64,000 bases of DNA from a virus. Location of the stretch: positions 13,138-77,137 of the IMG/VR virus record IMGVR_UViG_3300005095_000179, one strand, 5' to 3'. A model generated the notes under the pieces. It was not told the origin of the DNA. It worked only from the letters and a program-made list of their open reading frames with translations, and did not search any database. Below are positions 38,788 to 48,830 of the stretch, one piece after another (position 1 is the first letter of the stretch; each line of letters opens with the position of its first letter). A program made the translations under genes and the position numbers.

Positions 38788-39333
38788 TTAATTTGCTAGA
38801 GACTCCAAGAATGATTTCTTCTCAGCTTTTTCTGCTTTTTCAGGTGCTGGGCCGTCAATTAGGCTTTCTAGGAAAGATTCTTTAGTTTCTTTTTTGACAA
38901 CTACTTCACCATCTTTCTCACCATCTTTCTCACCATCTTCACCATCTTTCTCACCATCTTCACCATCTTTCTCACCATCTTCACCGTCTTCGCCTTCAGA
39001 CTTTTTCTTACAAGCTTCTTCTACTTTTTCAGCGACAATTGCTTCTAGTTCTTCGTCGATAGCATCTAGCATTTCTTCGTCAAGAATTTGGAAACCTTCT
39101 TCTTTTAGAGACTCGATAACTTTTTCTTTCATAGCTTCTTCAACAGCTTCAACTTGGTCAGCTTCGATTACAAGTGCTCCACTTTCAGTAAGTTGTTTAA
39201 CTACTTGAGACTCATCGATTTCAATTTCACCGCCTTCTTCTACGACGATAAATCCTTTACTTTCAAGAAGTTCTTTAGCTTCTTCCACTTTTAATAGTTC
39301 TTCGTTTTGTTTTCTTAGGTCTTTAATTGCCAT
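38788..39333 (-). CDS. acidic prohead core / scaffold-like protein
   Basis: Very Glu-rich; many [ILV]xE sites; GEDGEKD repeats. Confidence 0.55.
   Translation of the reverse strand: MAIKDLRKQNEELLKVEEAKELLESKGFIVVEEGGEIEIDESQVVKQLTESGALVIEADQVEAVEEAMKEKVIESLKEEGFQILDEEMLDAIDEELEAIVAEKVEEACKKKSEGEDGEDGEKDGEDGEKDGEDGEKDGEKDGEVVVKKETKESFLESLIDGPAPEKAEKAEKKSFLESLAN
38908..38998. repeat. short tandem repeats encoding GEDGEKD
   Basis: CACCATCTT(T)C(T) units. Confidence 0.9.
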
Positions 39334-39334
39334 A

Positions 39335-40066
39335 TTATTCTCCTACAGTGACAAGAATGTCATTATTTGTGATTTCGATATCTAAGTTTTCGTACATAGA
39401 ATCTATTTTTTCAGCGATTTCTGTTTTGTTGTCGCACTCAATTCTTAATCCGTCTTCGTGGATTTCGATTTCGATTCCATCTTCATCAATAGCTTGTGCT
39501 ATTTTTAGAAAATCTACTTCTTCTACTTCTTTATTCTCTTTAAGAGACTCATCTTTAACAGAATTGAAAATTTCTTCCCAATCTACTTTTTTGAAGTTAA
39601 TTTTATCTTCATCTACAAAAGAGTCTTTAACATCTAACATGATTTTTTCTAAATCTTTAGCACTCTTAGCTTCTAGTGCTAAATTGTAAAGAAATTCATC
39701 ATGATTGATGTTTAGTTCAGCTAAATCAGTATCATCACTTGACTCTCTAACTCCTTCTTTTGCTTTAGGAGAAGCAGTAACTTGGTAATCTCCTGTCACT
39801 TTAAAGTCGTATTCAGCACCAAAAACACTCATCAAAAGCATCATGAATGATTGCCCACTAAACTCAGTAGTGTCAATTACATATCCGTTCCCTTTTGGAG
39901 TAATATTTGGTTCTTTTTCGTACACTTTCACGAAATTCACTAAGTCAGCTGGAATAACTTTTCCTTCATCTACCTTTTCTTTGATAAGTAACCCCTCATC
40001 AGTAGAGATAATCTCTAGGTGATTATTTGACTTAAGGATTTCAGCCAGTTCGTTTAATCTAATCAT
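39335..40066 (-). CDS. putative prohead core / internal protein
   Basis: Acidic; multiple [ILV]xE protease-type sites; lies in the head region. Confidence 0.45.
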   Translation of the reverse strand: MIRLNELAEILKSNNHLEIISTDEGLLIKEKVDEGKVIPADLVNFVKVYEKEPNITPKGNGYVIDTTEFSGQSFMMLLMSVFGAEYDFKVTGDYQVTASPKAKEGVRESSDDTDLAELNINHDEFLYNLALEAKSAKDLEKIMLDVKDSFVDEDKINFKKVDWEEIFNSVKDESLKENKEVEEVDFLKIAQAIDEDGIEIEIHEDGLRIECDNKTEIAEKIDSMYENLDIEITNNDILVTVGE

Positions 40067-40078
40067 AAATGACTCTCC

Positions 40079-40540
40079 TTATTTTTCTTCAGTTTCGATC
40101 TTAACTGATGGTTTTCTCCCACCTCTTCTGGTTGGAGTTTTCTTTTCAGTTGAGTCTTTTCCCTTAGTCTCTTTCTTTACCACTTCTTTTGGTGTAGATT
40201 CAGACTTTGGTTCAGTTTTCTTAGTTTCAGTTTTTTTCACTTCAGGTTTTTTAGTCTCAGTTTTAGCTTCGGTCTTCTTTGCTTCAACCTTTTTTGTATC
40301 AACCTTCTTTGCTTCAACCTTCGGTGTTTCCTTGACTTCTTTCTTAGAAGATTTAGTTAAGTCTCCATCCCCTTTAAAAGTAAGTGTCATGAAAGATTTA
40401 GGGTAAACTACCTTTGTTCTTTCACTTTTGATGAAAACATCTAGATCGCTTCCCTTCCTGATAGTGAACGGTTGCCCATCAACTCTGAACATAACTGTCC
40501 CTTCATTGATTACACTAGCGGTATAAGTACCTTTTTTCAT
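40079..40540 (-). CDS. Lys/Glu/Thr-rich protein with low-complexity tail
   Basis: KK(V/T)E(A/T/P) pentapeptide repeats; own late promoter at 40574. Confidence 0.6.
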   Translation of the reverse strand: MKKGTYTASVINEGTVMFRVDGQPFTIRKGSDLDVFIKSERTKVVYPKSFMTLTFKGDGDLTKSSKKEVKETPKVEAKKVDTKKVEAKKTEAKTETKKPEVKKTETKKTEPKSESTPKEVVKKETKGKDSTEKKTPTRRGGRKPSVKIETEEK

Positions 40541-40573
40541 ATAAGTCTCCTTTAATTTTGTTGAGCTTACGAA

Positions 40574-40580
40574 TATTTAA
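40574..40580 (-). promoter_or_regulatory. late promoter TTAAATA
   Basis: Just after the capsid terminator. Confidence 0.7.
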
Positions 40581-40619
40581 TTTATGTAAAATCAACAAAA
40601 ATAAAATTCCATTTAAATG

Positions 40620-40654
40620 AAAAATCCCCCGACTAATATTTAGCCAGAGGATTT
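40620..40654 (-). terminator. intrinsic terminator after the capsid gene
   Basis: Minus-strand RNA AAAUCCUCUGGCUAA-AUA-UUAGUCGGGGGAUUUUU; the G-U pairs work only on the minus strand. Confidence 0.85.
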
Positions 40655-40670
40655 AATGAAACACCCGTAG

Positions 40671-42071
40671 TTACGGGTTGTTTACGATAGTGATCTTAGT
40701 GATCAGTGTTGGTACTGGAGCTGCCATACCTGCTTGTAGAGCCACACCTTTTTGTGACTTAAGTGGGTTATGGTCAATACCATCTGTCATACTTGTCACG
40801 AACAGAGGTAGATACGGAGCATATACAACTGAAGTGTCAAACATAGAAGTTCCTTTAGAAACCATTAGGATTTCGTTAGCTGGAACTACACTTGATCTTA
40901 GAACTGGTTTACCATCTAGTGTACCGAAGAAGTGAGTACCAAGTACTGCATTCAAGTCACCAGCTGGTTTAAATCCTGGAAGAGTTCTGATTAGAGCAGA
41001 TGCTTCGTGACCAGCGATAAGCGCAGAAGCACCACCAGATCTACCAGCATTTGTTAGAATCATAGACTCTGCGTAGCTCAATGCGTCGAAGAATGTCAGT
41101 TTGTGTTCTGTGAAAGAGATTCCATCTGGAGTCGCTTTATTCCACTCTGTATTTCCTGTCGCGTTTACATACGCTTCCATAACGACGTTAGAAGCAACTT
41201 CAGTAGTAAGTTCTTGAGTCAAGTCCTTAGCCATAGTTTCTTCAACATTGATACCAAATCTTTTACCCAAAGAGTAAGATTTGAATAGACCAACATCACT
41301 TCTAAGTGCATAAGTTTTAGCTCTAACTGGCATACTATCGAATTCACTTCTGATAGTAGGAATCTCTGTTAGTGATTCGAAGTTAGTAGCATAGTTCATA
41401 GTGATTTTAGTAGTATCGTCTGGAGCAGTCAAGAATGTAACAGATACATCACCTGTTTCATAATCTACTGTACCATAACCACCAACACCGATGATATTAC
41501 CTTGGCCATCGTCGATTAGTTTGCTCGGAACTCCGCTTACTACAAAGTGAACTTCGAATTCTCTTTTTCTTACAGGAGCGTATTGTACTGTGCCAGCGAA
41601 TGGTCCTGTGTTACTTCCGTCACCGATAGCTAGTTCTTCACCTTTAATTTCTTCACCAGCGAACTGAGAAGGTCTATTAACTCTTCCATGAATTGGGTCA
41701 ATAAGTTTTGTGTCTTCAGATACTCCACCTCTTGAAGTTACTGCTACGACATTCTTAAAGTAAATTGTCCCTTGTTGTTCTTGAAGCGGCTGGATGCTCG
41801 CGAACAATGGAATAGGTGATTGTGCAGAAGAAGCCGTAATAACGTCTAGTGCGATATTAGGAAGTACACCAAGGTCTCCGTACCCACCATTTGACTCAGA
41901 AAATTCTTGGAATGCATCATATTGTTCCAATTGAGTACCAAGTGCGTAAAGGTCTTCGTTAGTCACTCCTCTTGTCTTAGCAACTGTTGATTTACTTTCG
42001 TAAAACTCCATATAATCTTTGTACTTATCAAAGTACTGTTCAACTTTTTCGTGTAGTTTTAAGTTTTCCAC
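40671..42071 (-). CDS. gp23: major capsid protein (T4 gp23 family)
   Basis: IQPL..QQGTIYF, VRAKTYALRS, GTLDG and VYAPYLPL motifs. Confidence 0.95.
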   Translation of the reverse strand: MENLKLHEKVEQYFDKYKDYMEFYESKSTVAKTRGVTNEDLYALGTQLEQYDAFQEFSESNGGYGDLGVLPNIALDVITASSAQSPIPLFASIQPLQEQQGTIYFKNVVAVTSRGGVSEDTKLIDPIHGRVNRPSQFAGEEIKGEELAIGDGSNTGPFAGTVQYAPVRKREFEVHFVVSGVPSKLIDDGQGNIIGVGGYGTVDYETGDVSVTFLTAPDDTTKITMNYATNFESLTEIPTIRSEFDSMPVRAKTYALRSDVGLFKSYSLGKRFGINVEETMAKDLTQELTTEVASNVVMEAYVNATGNTEWNKATPDGISFTEHKLTFFDALSYAESMILTNAGRSGGASALIAGHEASALIRTLPGFKPAGDLNAVLGTHFFGTLDGKPVLRSSVVPANEILMVSKGTSMFDTSVVYAPYLPLFVTSMTDGIDHNPLKSQKGVALQAGMAAPVPTLITKITIVNNP

Positions 42072-42155
42072 GATTTCCTCCTGGGATATTTTATTAGATT
42101 TAAAATTTCTCAGGCATTCTTTGCTACCTAAAGTATCTTAATCTAAACTTATAGT

Positions 42156-42162
42156 TATTTAA
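42156..42162 (-). promoter_or_regulatory. late promoter TTAAATA
   Basis: Upstream of the major capsid gene. Confidence 0.7.
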
Positions 42163-42192
42163 TATCTAATTATGTAAGAATATATCCTTAGA

Positions 42193-44133
42193 TTATCTTA
42201 CTAGATTCTCTAAGAATTTTGTTTTCTTCTCTGAGTCACTTGACCTTCTAGGGTTGTACTCAGGTATCTCTATGTGTTCTTTCATAGGAGCACTTCTTTT
42301 TACTCTTTTTTCTTCAGTCTTTAGTGCTTCTTGTAGCTCTTCTTCTTTATCATATAGTTCCATCATCTTTTCAACTATTGGGAGTTCCACTTTATAGAAC
42401 ATAGAATAATACTTAGCTTTAGTCTCATGTAATTCTTCACTGATATGAGTTCTTTCTTCTTTTAAATTCTCTAGTGTCTCTTTGATTTTTTCTTTTTGAC
42501 TTTGTACTTCTTCTAAGTTTTCTTCTAATTGACTGATTTCAGAATCTTTATCCTCTAGAATTTCTTTAAAGATAGCTTTATCACTTTCTTCTTTTTCTTT
42601 AAATTCTTTCTCAATTATTTCTAATCTTTCTTGAAGTTCATCTTTCATTTTAAGAGTCTCAGATAGTGTTTCGATAGTTTCAGCTAAGATAGTTTCCTTT
42701 TCAGAAAGTTCTTCTTTTAACTCATCTTTCTCTTGCTTTTCTCTTGAAATAGTTTCATGGATATCTTCTGGTACTTTATATTCTATCTTAGTTTCAGTAA
42801 CAACTTCTGGTTCTTTGTTCAGAGCTTCTTCTAGTTGTTTTGTAAGGTTTTTTGTTGCTTCTTTTAATACAGAAACTTGTCCCATTAACTCCTCTATTTT
42901 AGAGGTATCTTCCTTTTCTACAACCTTTTCTACCACAACTTCTTTAGTTTTTAGTTCTAAGATGAAATCGATAAATGACTCTTCTGCTTTTATTTCATGT
43001 GAATTATCTTCTTCAGAAGGTTCTTCTTTATTTTCTTCTCCGGAAATTTCTTCACCGTTATAATTAATTTTCTTCTCTAGTTCCTTTATCTTCTCGCAAG
43101 TTTTTTCGATTGACTCATCTATATCTTTTTCTTTTAGAATTTCGTCGCAAATTTGAGATAAAGATTCCATATCTTTAGTAGTAAGTTTAGAGTCTTTATC
43201 TAGGAATTCTATGAGGGTGTCATAGTATTTTTCATATTCGACATTATATCTCACTAACTTTGTTAAAAGTTCAACATATGCTATATAGTTAGACATTAAT
43301 TTAGCAGATACTCTAATATCCCCATCTTCCTCTTCTATTTTATTTGTTTTCTCATTTGAAGATTCAGATAGAATTTTGTTTTCCTTTACCACATTCTCTA
43401 ACATTGAAATAATTTCTTCTTTAGATAGTGACTCTAATAGTTCCTTATCGATACTTTCTTCCTTTTTATTTTCATTGATTGCCTCTCCTAACTCTAACCC
43501 ACATAAACCGTCTTCACAAATAATGTTGTGTTTATCTTCCTTAAGTGCTTCTATGTCTTCCTTAATGGACTCAACTAATTGCGGGTCTGTCTCTAAAAAT
43601 CCAGGTTGTATAACGAAATCTATACTTTCAATGACAAAGTTCTTATCATCCAATACCTTATATTTTCTTCCATCTTTCGTTTTTGTTTCATTCGTGAAAC
43701 CGCCAAATGCTCTTGTGCTGACATACATCTTAGAGCCAGACTTAAGGACTGTATTTAGAATTCTCCCACTTGGTGTGTCTAAGATTTCATATTCTGCAAT
43801 CCCTTGTCCAGTCTTTTTATCAATATAAATGTCTGTTACTTTATGACTGACTTTCCCAGACTCTAATAGTTCGTCTAAAGTATAATCCTTTGGGTGACCT
43901 ATACACCCAAACATTAAACCACGTTCCAGAGTTTGTTTTGTTTCTGGGTTTTTTAATGCATTTTCCCAAAGAGTTTTTGGATAGAATCTACCATTTCTAG
44001 AATATCCATCTAGGAAGAACGATGGTCCTTTTACCTTAGACAATACTCCTTCTTGAAGACTTTCTTTAGAAGCTTCTGTTATTTCTAATCCATTGACTTC
44101 AAAATTTTCGTAAATATATTGACTCATAATCAC
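42193..44133 (-). CDS. prohead protease (gp21-like) fused to a coiled-coil scaffold
   Basis: SRNGRFYP, GCIGHP, ILDTPSGRIL, VSTRAFG and DFVIQPGF, followed by about 430 aa of acidic coiled coil. Confidence 0.9.
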   Translation of the reverse strand: MIMSQYIYENFEVNGLEITEASKESLQEGVLSKVKGPSFFLDGYSRNGRFYPKTLWENALKNPETKQTLERGLMFGCIGHPKDYTLDELLESGKVSHKVTDIYIDKKTGQGIAEYEILDTPSGRILNTVLKSGSKMYVSTRAFGGFTNETKTKDGRKYKVLDDKNFVIESIDFVIQPGFLETDPQLVESIKEDIEALKEDKHNIICEDGLCGLELGEAINENKKEESIDKELLESLSKEEIISMLENVVKENKILSESSNEKTNKIEEEDGDIRVSAKLMSNYIAYVELLTKLVRYNVEYEKYYDTLIEFLDKDSKLTTKDMESLSQICDEILKEKDIDESIEKTCEKIKELEKKINYNGEEISGEENKEEPSEEDNSHEIKAEESFIDFILELKTKEVVVEKVVEKEDTSKIEELMGQVSVLKEATKNLTKQLEEALNKEPEVVTETKIEYKVPEDIHETISREKQEKDELKEELSEKETILAETIETLSETLKMKDELQERLEIIEKEFKEKEESDKAIFKEILEDKDSEISQLEENLEEVQSQKEKIKETLENLKEERTHISEELHETKAKYYSMFYKVELPIVEKMMELYDKEEELQEALKTEEKRVKRSAPMKEHIEIPEYNPRRSSDSEKKTKFLENLVR

Positions 44134-44151
44134 TTCCTGTATAACTTTAGA

Positions 44152-44859
44152 TTATTTAATAAAGAGTCTATCTAGCTCTTCGTATGTTTCATTGCTTGCT
44201 TTTAGTATGTCTATATTAGATGCCGCTTGTAATAACGCTCTGAATGTTTCATCATCTTGAGCATCATTACTTTCTCCTGCTAAGTCTCTTTTAGCATAAA
44301 TGTACATTTTAGGGTCTTGGAAGAATTGGACGATATCTGTAAGTAGTTGATATGAGTTTTCTTCTAATCTACCGTAAACATATGCTTCAAGTAGTTCTGT
44401 TTTTAACACACTTGAATCTTCCACAAATGCGTAAAGTAGCTCTAAGAACTGAGCCATTGCTTCTGGGTCTGCTTCATAATACTGAAGTTCAAGATATAGA
44501 TGAGTTTCTATACTACTAAGACCGAGTAAAGCATCATTCACTTGTTCCATAGATAACTCTACATAATTTAGACCAGGAGTGAGTTCTTGGTTATAATAAG
44601 AAACGGTTTCTCTCAAAGCATTGAATCTTCCTAGTGCTCTATGGAATCTTTTCCCAGCAGTACTTTTATGCCATTTCTTAATTCCTTTTTGGATATGATG
44701 TTTGTTTCTTCTCCAACTATTTTTCATACTTCTTTGTTTAGAACGGTCTTTAGCTCTGATGTCGCTCTTCTTCACTATTTGGAGTCTTTTTCTCACTTCA
44801 GCTTCATTTAACCCAAGGAGGTCGTATTGTACTTCATCTATCTTTGATTTAAACTTCAT
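44152..44859 (-). CDS. prohead core protein (gp68-like position)
   Basis: LNE site followed by a highly basic segment; between portal and protease. Confidence 0.5.
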   Translation of the reverse strand: MKFKSKIDEVQYDLLGLNEAEVRKRLQIVKKSDIRAKDRSKQRSMKNSWRRNKHHIQKGIKKWHKSTAGKRFHRALGRFNALRETVSYYNQELTPGLNYVELSMEQVNDALLGLSSIETHLYLELQYYEADPEAMAQFLELLYAFVEDSSVLKTELLEAYVYGRLEENSYQLLTDIVQFFQDPKMYIYAKRDLAGESNDAQDDETFRALLQAASNIDILKASNETYEELDRLFIK

Positions 44860-44861
44860 CT

Positions 44862-46337
44862 CTATTCCTCTTCTTCATCTACATTTTCTTTATAATACAG
44901 GATATCAAATCCAGACATCGTACTAAATTGTTTGTTTAGGAATTTAACATATTCTTCCATGTTAATGCCTATTTCGTCGTGATCTTCAAAATCACTTACG
45001 AATGATTTAAAATTGTCTACCATAGAAACCGTTAAATCTAAAAATTCAAGTTTTTCTAAGTCATCTGTATTTAAAATATTCAGAAATACGATATCAATAC
45101 TTTCTTTTAGGAAGTTATTGAACCCTAAGTTAGTTAAGTGAACTATTAGTAATCGTTGAAGACCTTCTTTCAAAGCAAATTGAATAGATTTCAGTTTCTT
45201 AGTGTATCTGATATGGTCTTTTATCACATCAGCTTTTATTCCCTCTTCATCTATGATAGAAGCAGGTATCCCTATGGTACTTAGAGCCATTTTCCTGATA
45301 TCAGTGATTTTGTCGTGCATTTCATCGTAGTTGTTCTCACTATTGAAATCTTCTGCTTGTAGTTCACCCTTATCACCGAAATTTGGGATTACCTTTACTT
45401 CACCGACTCTTGCGCCAATAGTCGATAAAATTTCTTCATCTGTTTTATTAGCAGTCCCGACTCTTAGAGTCTTATTTATCATTTTTTCAAAAGTTTGAGC
45501 TATTTTCTGAGCTTCTGCAGGTTTCGTGCTGGAAGGCACTGATACTGAAACGAGTTTGGTTGCTAAAGCATCATTAATGAATCCAAGTGGGACTAAGTGT
45601 TCTAGGAACTTTAACTCCTTCAGAAGCCCGTATATTGGGTACAATACAGATTTCCCCATTCTTAGATATAGCACTTTATCATTTAATCCATCAACCTTTA
45701 CCCTAATCCTAGAAGATGGAAGAGAAAAATAGATTACTTCTGTTGGTTGAACAGTCTCTATTTTCTTTTCTCCAAGTTTAAGGATATAACTAACATCTGA
45801 ATCTCTAAATACTGGAAGAGTAGTCGTCATGTCAACATCATCGTGAATAGCTACTATTCCTTTTTTAGAGAAGTTTTCATCTCCAAATCCATTGACATCT
45901 AGTCTTAGGAAATACTCCCCATAGAATAATAGGTCTGAAGCGATATCTACTATCATTTTTTGGATATTGAATTCTTCTATAAATTCATTAGCTATTTTAG
46001 ATGCTGCTTCGTCGACTTCACCAATAGAGTTTTTCACCCTAACATCAAATAATTTATGTTCATTCCCAGTCGGGTTCAAGGCATCATCCAATATCCTGTC
46101 AACTATCATCTGACTGAAATAGAAATCTTTGATAGTGTCTATGTCATCTATAATCCCTCTTTTAGTGTCACTGATTTCTAGGAACTTTGTTAGTAGAACA
46201 TTATTTACTGAAGGCTCTACTGAACCTTGAGCAAATGCTTGTTGGGCAGCAATAGCAGGGTCAAGTGCCATCTGCCATCCAAATAATTTATTGGTTAATG
46301 AGCTAAAATTATCTGATAAATTTTTAAAAATTGCCAT
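44862..46337 (-). CDS. gp20: portal protein
   Basis: LLFYGEYFL, GKSVLYP and ALSTIGIPASII motifs; directly after the terminase. Confidence 0.85.
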   Translation of the reverse strand: MAIFKNLSDNFSSLTNKLFGWQMALDPAIAAQQAFAQGSVEPSVNNVLLTKFLEISDTKRGIIDDIDTIKDFYFSQMIVDRILDDALNPTGNEHKLFDVRVKNSIGEVDEAASKIANEFIEEFNIQKMIVDIASDLLFYGEYFLRLDVNGFGDENFSKKGIVAIHDDVDMTTTLPVFRDSDVSYILKLGEKKIETVQPTEVIYFSLPSSRIRVKVDGLNDKVLYLRMGKSVLYPIYGLLKELKFLEHLVPLGFINDALATKLVSVSVPSSTKPAEAQKIAQTFEKMINKTLRVGTANKTDEEILSTIGARVGEVKVIPNFGDKGELQAEDFNSENNYDEMHDKITDIRKMALSTIGIPASIIDEEGIKADVIKDHIRYTKKLKSIQFALKEGLQRLLIVHLTNLGFNNFLKESIDIVFLNILNTDDLEKLEFLDLTVSMVDNFKSFVSDFEDHDEIGINMEEYVKFLNKQFSTMSGFDILYYKENVDEEEE

Positions 46338-46359
46338 TAATAAATCTCCTTTATAATCC

Positions 46360-46366
46360 TATTTAA
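46360..46366 (-). promoter_or_regulatory. late promoter TTAAATA
   Basis: Upstream of the portal gene. Confidence 0.7.
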
Positions 46367-46367
46367 C

Positions 46368-48341
46368 TTAGTTCACGAACTGCCCAGTTACTCCCTCTCC
46401 AAAAATGTCGGAGAATGGTTCAGCTTCATCATACCAGTCATTACCAACTACTTCATCTAATTCTTCGATAAAATCTTTATCTAAGTATGGTTTGTAATCA
46501 ACCTTAGTTCCTAGTATCCATATAGAGTTCGTTACTGCGTCAGCTATATCTTTACTCCCTGGAGTTCCGTCTTGGTTATGTTCTGGGTGATCTACCTTTT
46601 TATCGTCTTCTTTTAAGAAAACAAGTTCTCTATAAAGAATTTGATTATTCGGACCCTTTATTCTTTCGTCTATAATGGCATTTCTTAAACCAACATATGG
46701 GTCTTTCTTCCTATCTACAGAATTCATGATAGTTTTTATCCCGCCCTTCTCAAGAAGTTGTAGAGTATCAGTACTTTGGTAAGAATCCGAAACGACGTAT
46801 TCTATGTTTATCCCTAATCTCTGAAGTTCGAATATGAATTCCCTTATCTTATAAAGTTTTAGCTGTTCTCCTTTCGGTGGTCTAATACCAACAGCAAAGT
46901 CAACCCAATAAGAGAACTCTTTTAGTTCTCCTTCTCCAACAGTATCGTGAATATGAGACATACATAATCCATACCTATCCCCACTTACTGCTATGTCCAG
47001 ACCGATTACTTTTTGACTTCCTGGTTTAAACATATCTATTTTATCTACATCGAAGAAATCTATTAGGTTATCATTCTCGCCTAATATAATCTCATCCAGC
47101 TCACAAGCACCGTGTAATACTAAAGCGTTTTTTATCTTCTCTTTGAAAGGAATAAAAGTCCTTACATCAGAAACAGCCATACCGAGTACGTCTCTGATAC
47201 CAGCATAAATATCATCAAATTCGCCTCTGTATTCTATCGGTACATCAAATATCTTTGTTGGGTCAAATCGTTTTGCTCTTTCTAAGTCTTTATCATTTTC
47301 GATGAAGAATGGATCTGACTGATAGTCACCGATGAATACCTTGAAAGTTTCTCCTGAGTATTTTATCTTATGCTTAAGAACCTCAAATCTAGGAGCTGAG
47401 ATAACTAAGATATCTGATTGAGAGAATTCAGAGTCTTTCTTCCCTTCAGCTTCTGATTTTTCTTTAGCATTATCTATCATTGTCTGTATAAGAGACCCTT
47501 CAGTTGTCGCAGAAGATATCATAGTATAGTGTCCAGCCCATTTGTTTCCTTTTAGTAGGAAACGGGAGTTGATCCTATTATACATTTCTGTGATAATATT
47601 CTTAGAACCACCCTTTTGGATTTCTTGGTTTACCTCATCAGAAGAAGCCGCATACACGTTTTTACCAACAAGTGAGTGCTTTCTAGACACCATATTAATA
47701 TCAATGTTATTGATAAATAGAGATGACCTAGATTTTGTGTTGTCGAATTTAGACCTAAAAAACGGGCTTTCTCTAACTAGAGACATTATTGGGTCATAGT
47801 TCACCTGCTCAATATTTTCCATAGTTGAGTTTGTTAGGGTGAAATATATCTTTGCTGATTTAGGAAGTTTGAATCTCAACTGAGGTTCATCCATACAAAG
47901 GAGTCTTGCTAAGTCGTAAAGGAAAATAATTGAAGCCACTGTTGTGTTGTGGTGAATGGAACCATCTGGCGTAGTATAAAGGTGTGGAGCATCTATCCCA
48001 AAATCATAGACTACTTCGTCTTCTTTTTCTTTATAACTTTTTATTATCTTATAAGATTTTCCATCTTTATTATCTATAGATTTTGCTTCTGAAATTAAAG
48101 TTTCTTCTCCGCCAGAAATAACTTTGTGTTTATCTGAAGTTTCTAACCTTTCTCCATTTTCAAGTTCATAAGTATAAATATCAGATTTTTTCGTAACAAA
48201 GAAATTTATCTTAGATAAAGTTTCTTCAGGAGTTTTCACATAAACATCACAAGGAGTTGAGTGCGTTTCTTCTCTTTCCCCATTGTGTTTGATACCAAGT
48301 CGTTTATATAGTTCTCCTATTGGAATTCTTATTTTCTTCAT
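46368..48341 (-). CDS. terL: terminase large subunit C-terminal part, with N-terminal split-intein IntC (aa 1-132)
   Basis: Block B ETSDKHKV, block F VYDFGI and block G IHHN|T; then Walker B ASSDE and nuclease motifs GLDIAVSGD and KVDHP...SKDIADA. Confidence 0.93.
   Translation of the reverse strand: MKKIRIPIGELYKRLGIKHNGEREETHSTPCDVYVKTPEETLSKINFFVTKKSDIYTYELENGERLETSDKHKVISGGEETLISEAKSIDNKDGKSYKIIKSYKEKEDEVVYDFGIDAPHLYTTPDGSIHHNTTVASIIFLYDLARLLCMDEPQLRFKLPKSAKIYFTLTNSTMENIEQVNYDPIMSLVRESPFFRSKFDNTKSRSSLFINNIDINMVSRKHSLVGKNVYAASSDEVNQEIQKGGSKNIITEMYNRINSRFLLKGNKWAGHYTMISSATTEGSLIQTMIDNAKEKSEAEGKKDSEFSQSDILVISAPRFEVLKHKIKYSGETFKVFIGDYQSDPFFIENDKDLERAKRFDPTKIFDVPIEYRGEFDDIYAGIRDVLGMAVSDVRTFIPFKEKIKNALVLHGACELDEIILGENDNLIDFFDVDKIDMFKPGSQKVIGLDIAVSGDRYGLCMSHIHDTVGEGELKEFSYWVDFAVGIRPPKGEQLKLYKIREFIFELQRLGINIEYVVSDSYQSTDTLQLLEKGGIKTIMNSVDRKKDPYVGLRNAIIDERIKGPNNQILYRELVFLKEDDKKVDHPEHNQDGTPGSKDIADAVTNSIWILGTKVDYKPYLDKDFIEELDEVVGNDWYDEAEPFSDIFGEGVTGQFVN
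47946..48341 (-). mobile_element. split intein C-fragment (132 aa, no endonuclease domain)
   Basis: Ends His-Asn followed by Thr+1; lacks an N-terminal Cys1. Confidence 0.9.
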
Positions 48342-48368
48342 TTATCACCATTCACATTTGTTTTAAAC

Positions 48369-48375
48369 TATTTAA
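48369..48375 (-). promoter_or_regulatory. late promoter TTAAATA
   Basis: Upstream of the IntC-TerL gene. Confidence 0.7.
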
Positions 48376-48417
48376 GTTGATGGTTTAAATGTTTAAGGGG
48401 AGTTTCAAGAGTCGTGA

Positions 48418-48696
48418 CTAAGAGTATTTCTCTAGGTGAAGTTCAGTGGCTCTAAGTAGTTTTGCGTTTCCTCTTCCTAGAACACTTGGGTTTGTTAGCA
48501 CTTCTTTCTTTTTAAATCTTTCTTTTTGAGAATTATCAAACATTATTTTATCGAAAAAATGAGAAAGTATTTGTTCTGTATCTGTTGATTTTTTATTACT
48601 AAACGAGTCATAGACATTAGGAGAAAAGAACTCTGAACTAGAGGTTTTTCTTGCTAATTTAGAGAGGTTGCTTTTTAGACTATTTGATATCGTCAT
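48418..48696 (-). CDS. hypothetical protein
   Basis: 92-aa ORF; weak RBS. Confidence 0.35.
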   Translation of the reverse strand: MTISNSLKSNLSKLARKTSSSEFFSPNVYDSFSNKKSTDTEQILSHFFDKIMFDNSQKERFKKKEVLTNPSVLGRGNAKLLRATELHLEKYS

Positions 48697-48761
48697 TTTA
48701 AATCTTTTGGTTTTTAAATACTTAAGTGATACTCTCTAAATATAAAGTAATTTTATCTTTA

Positions 48762-48791
48762 TCTTGGCTTGAACAAGTGTTCAAGCCAAGA
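48762..48791. repeat. 14-bp perfect inverted repeat
   Basis: TCTTGGCTTGAACA-AG-TGTTCAAGCCAAGA. Confidence 0.85.
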
Positions 48792-48830
48792 GTTCCTAAT
48801 TCATCGACCTTTGTTATAAAGAAGTCAACT

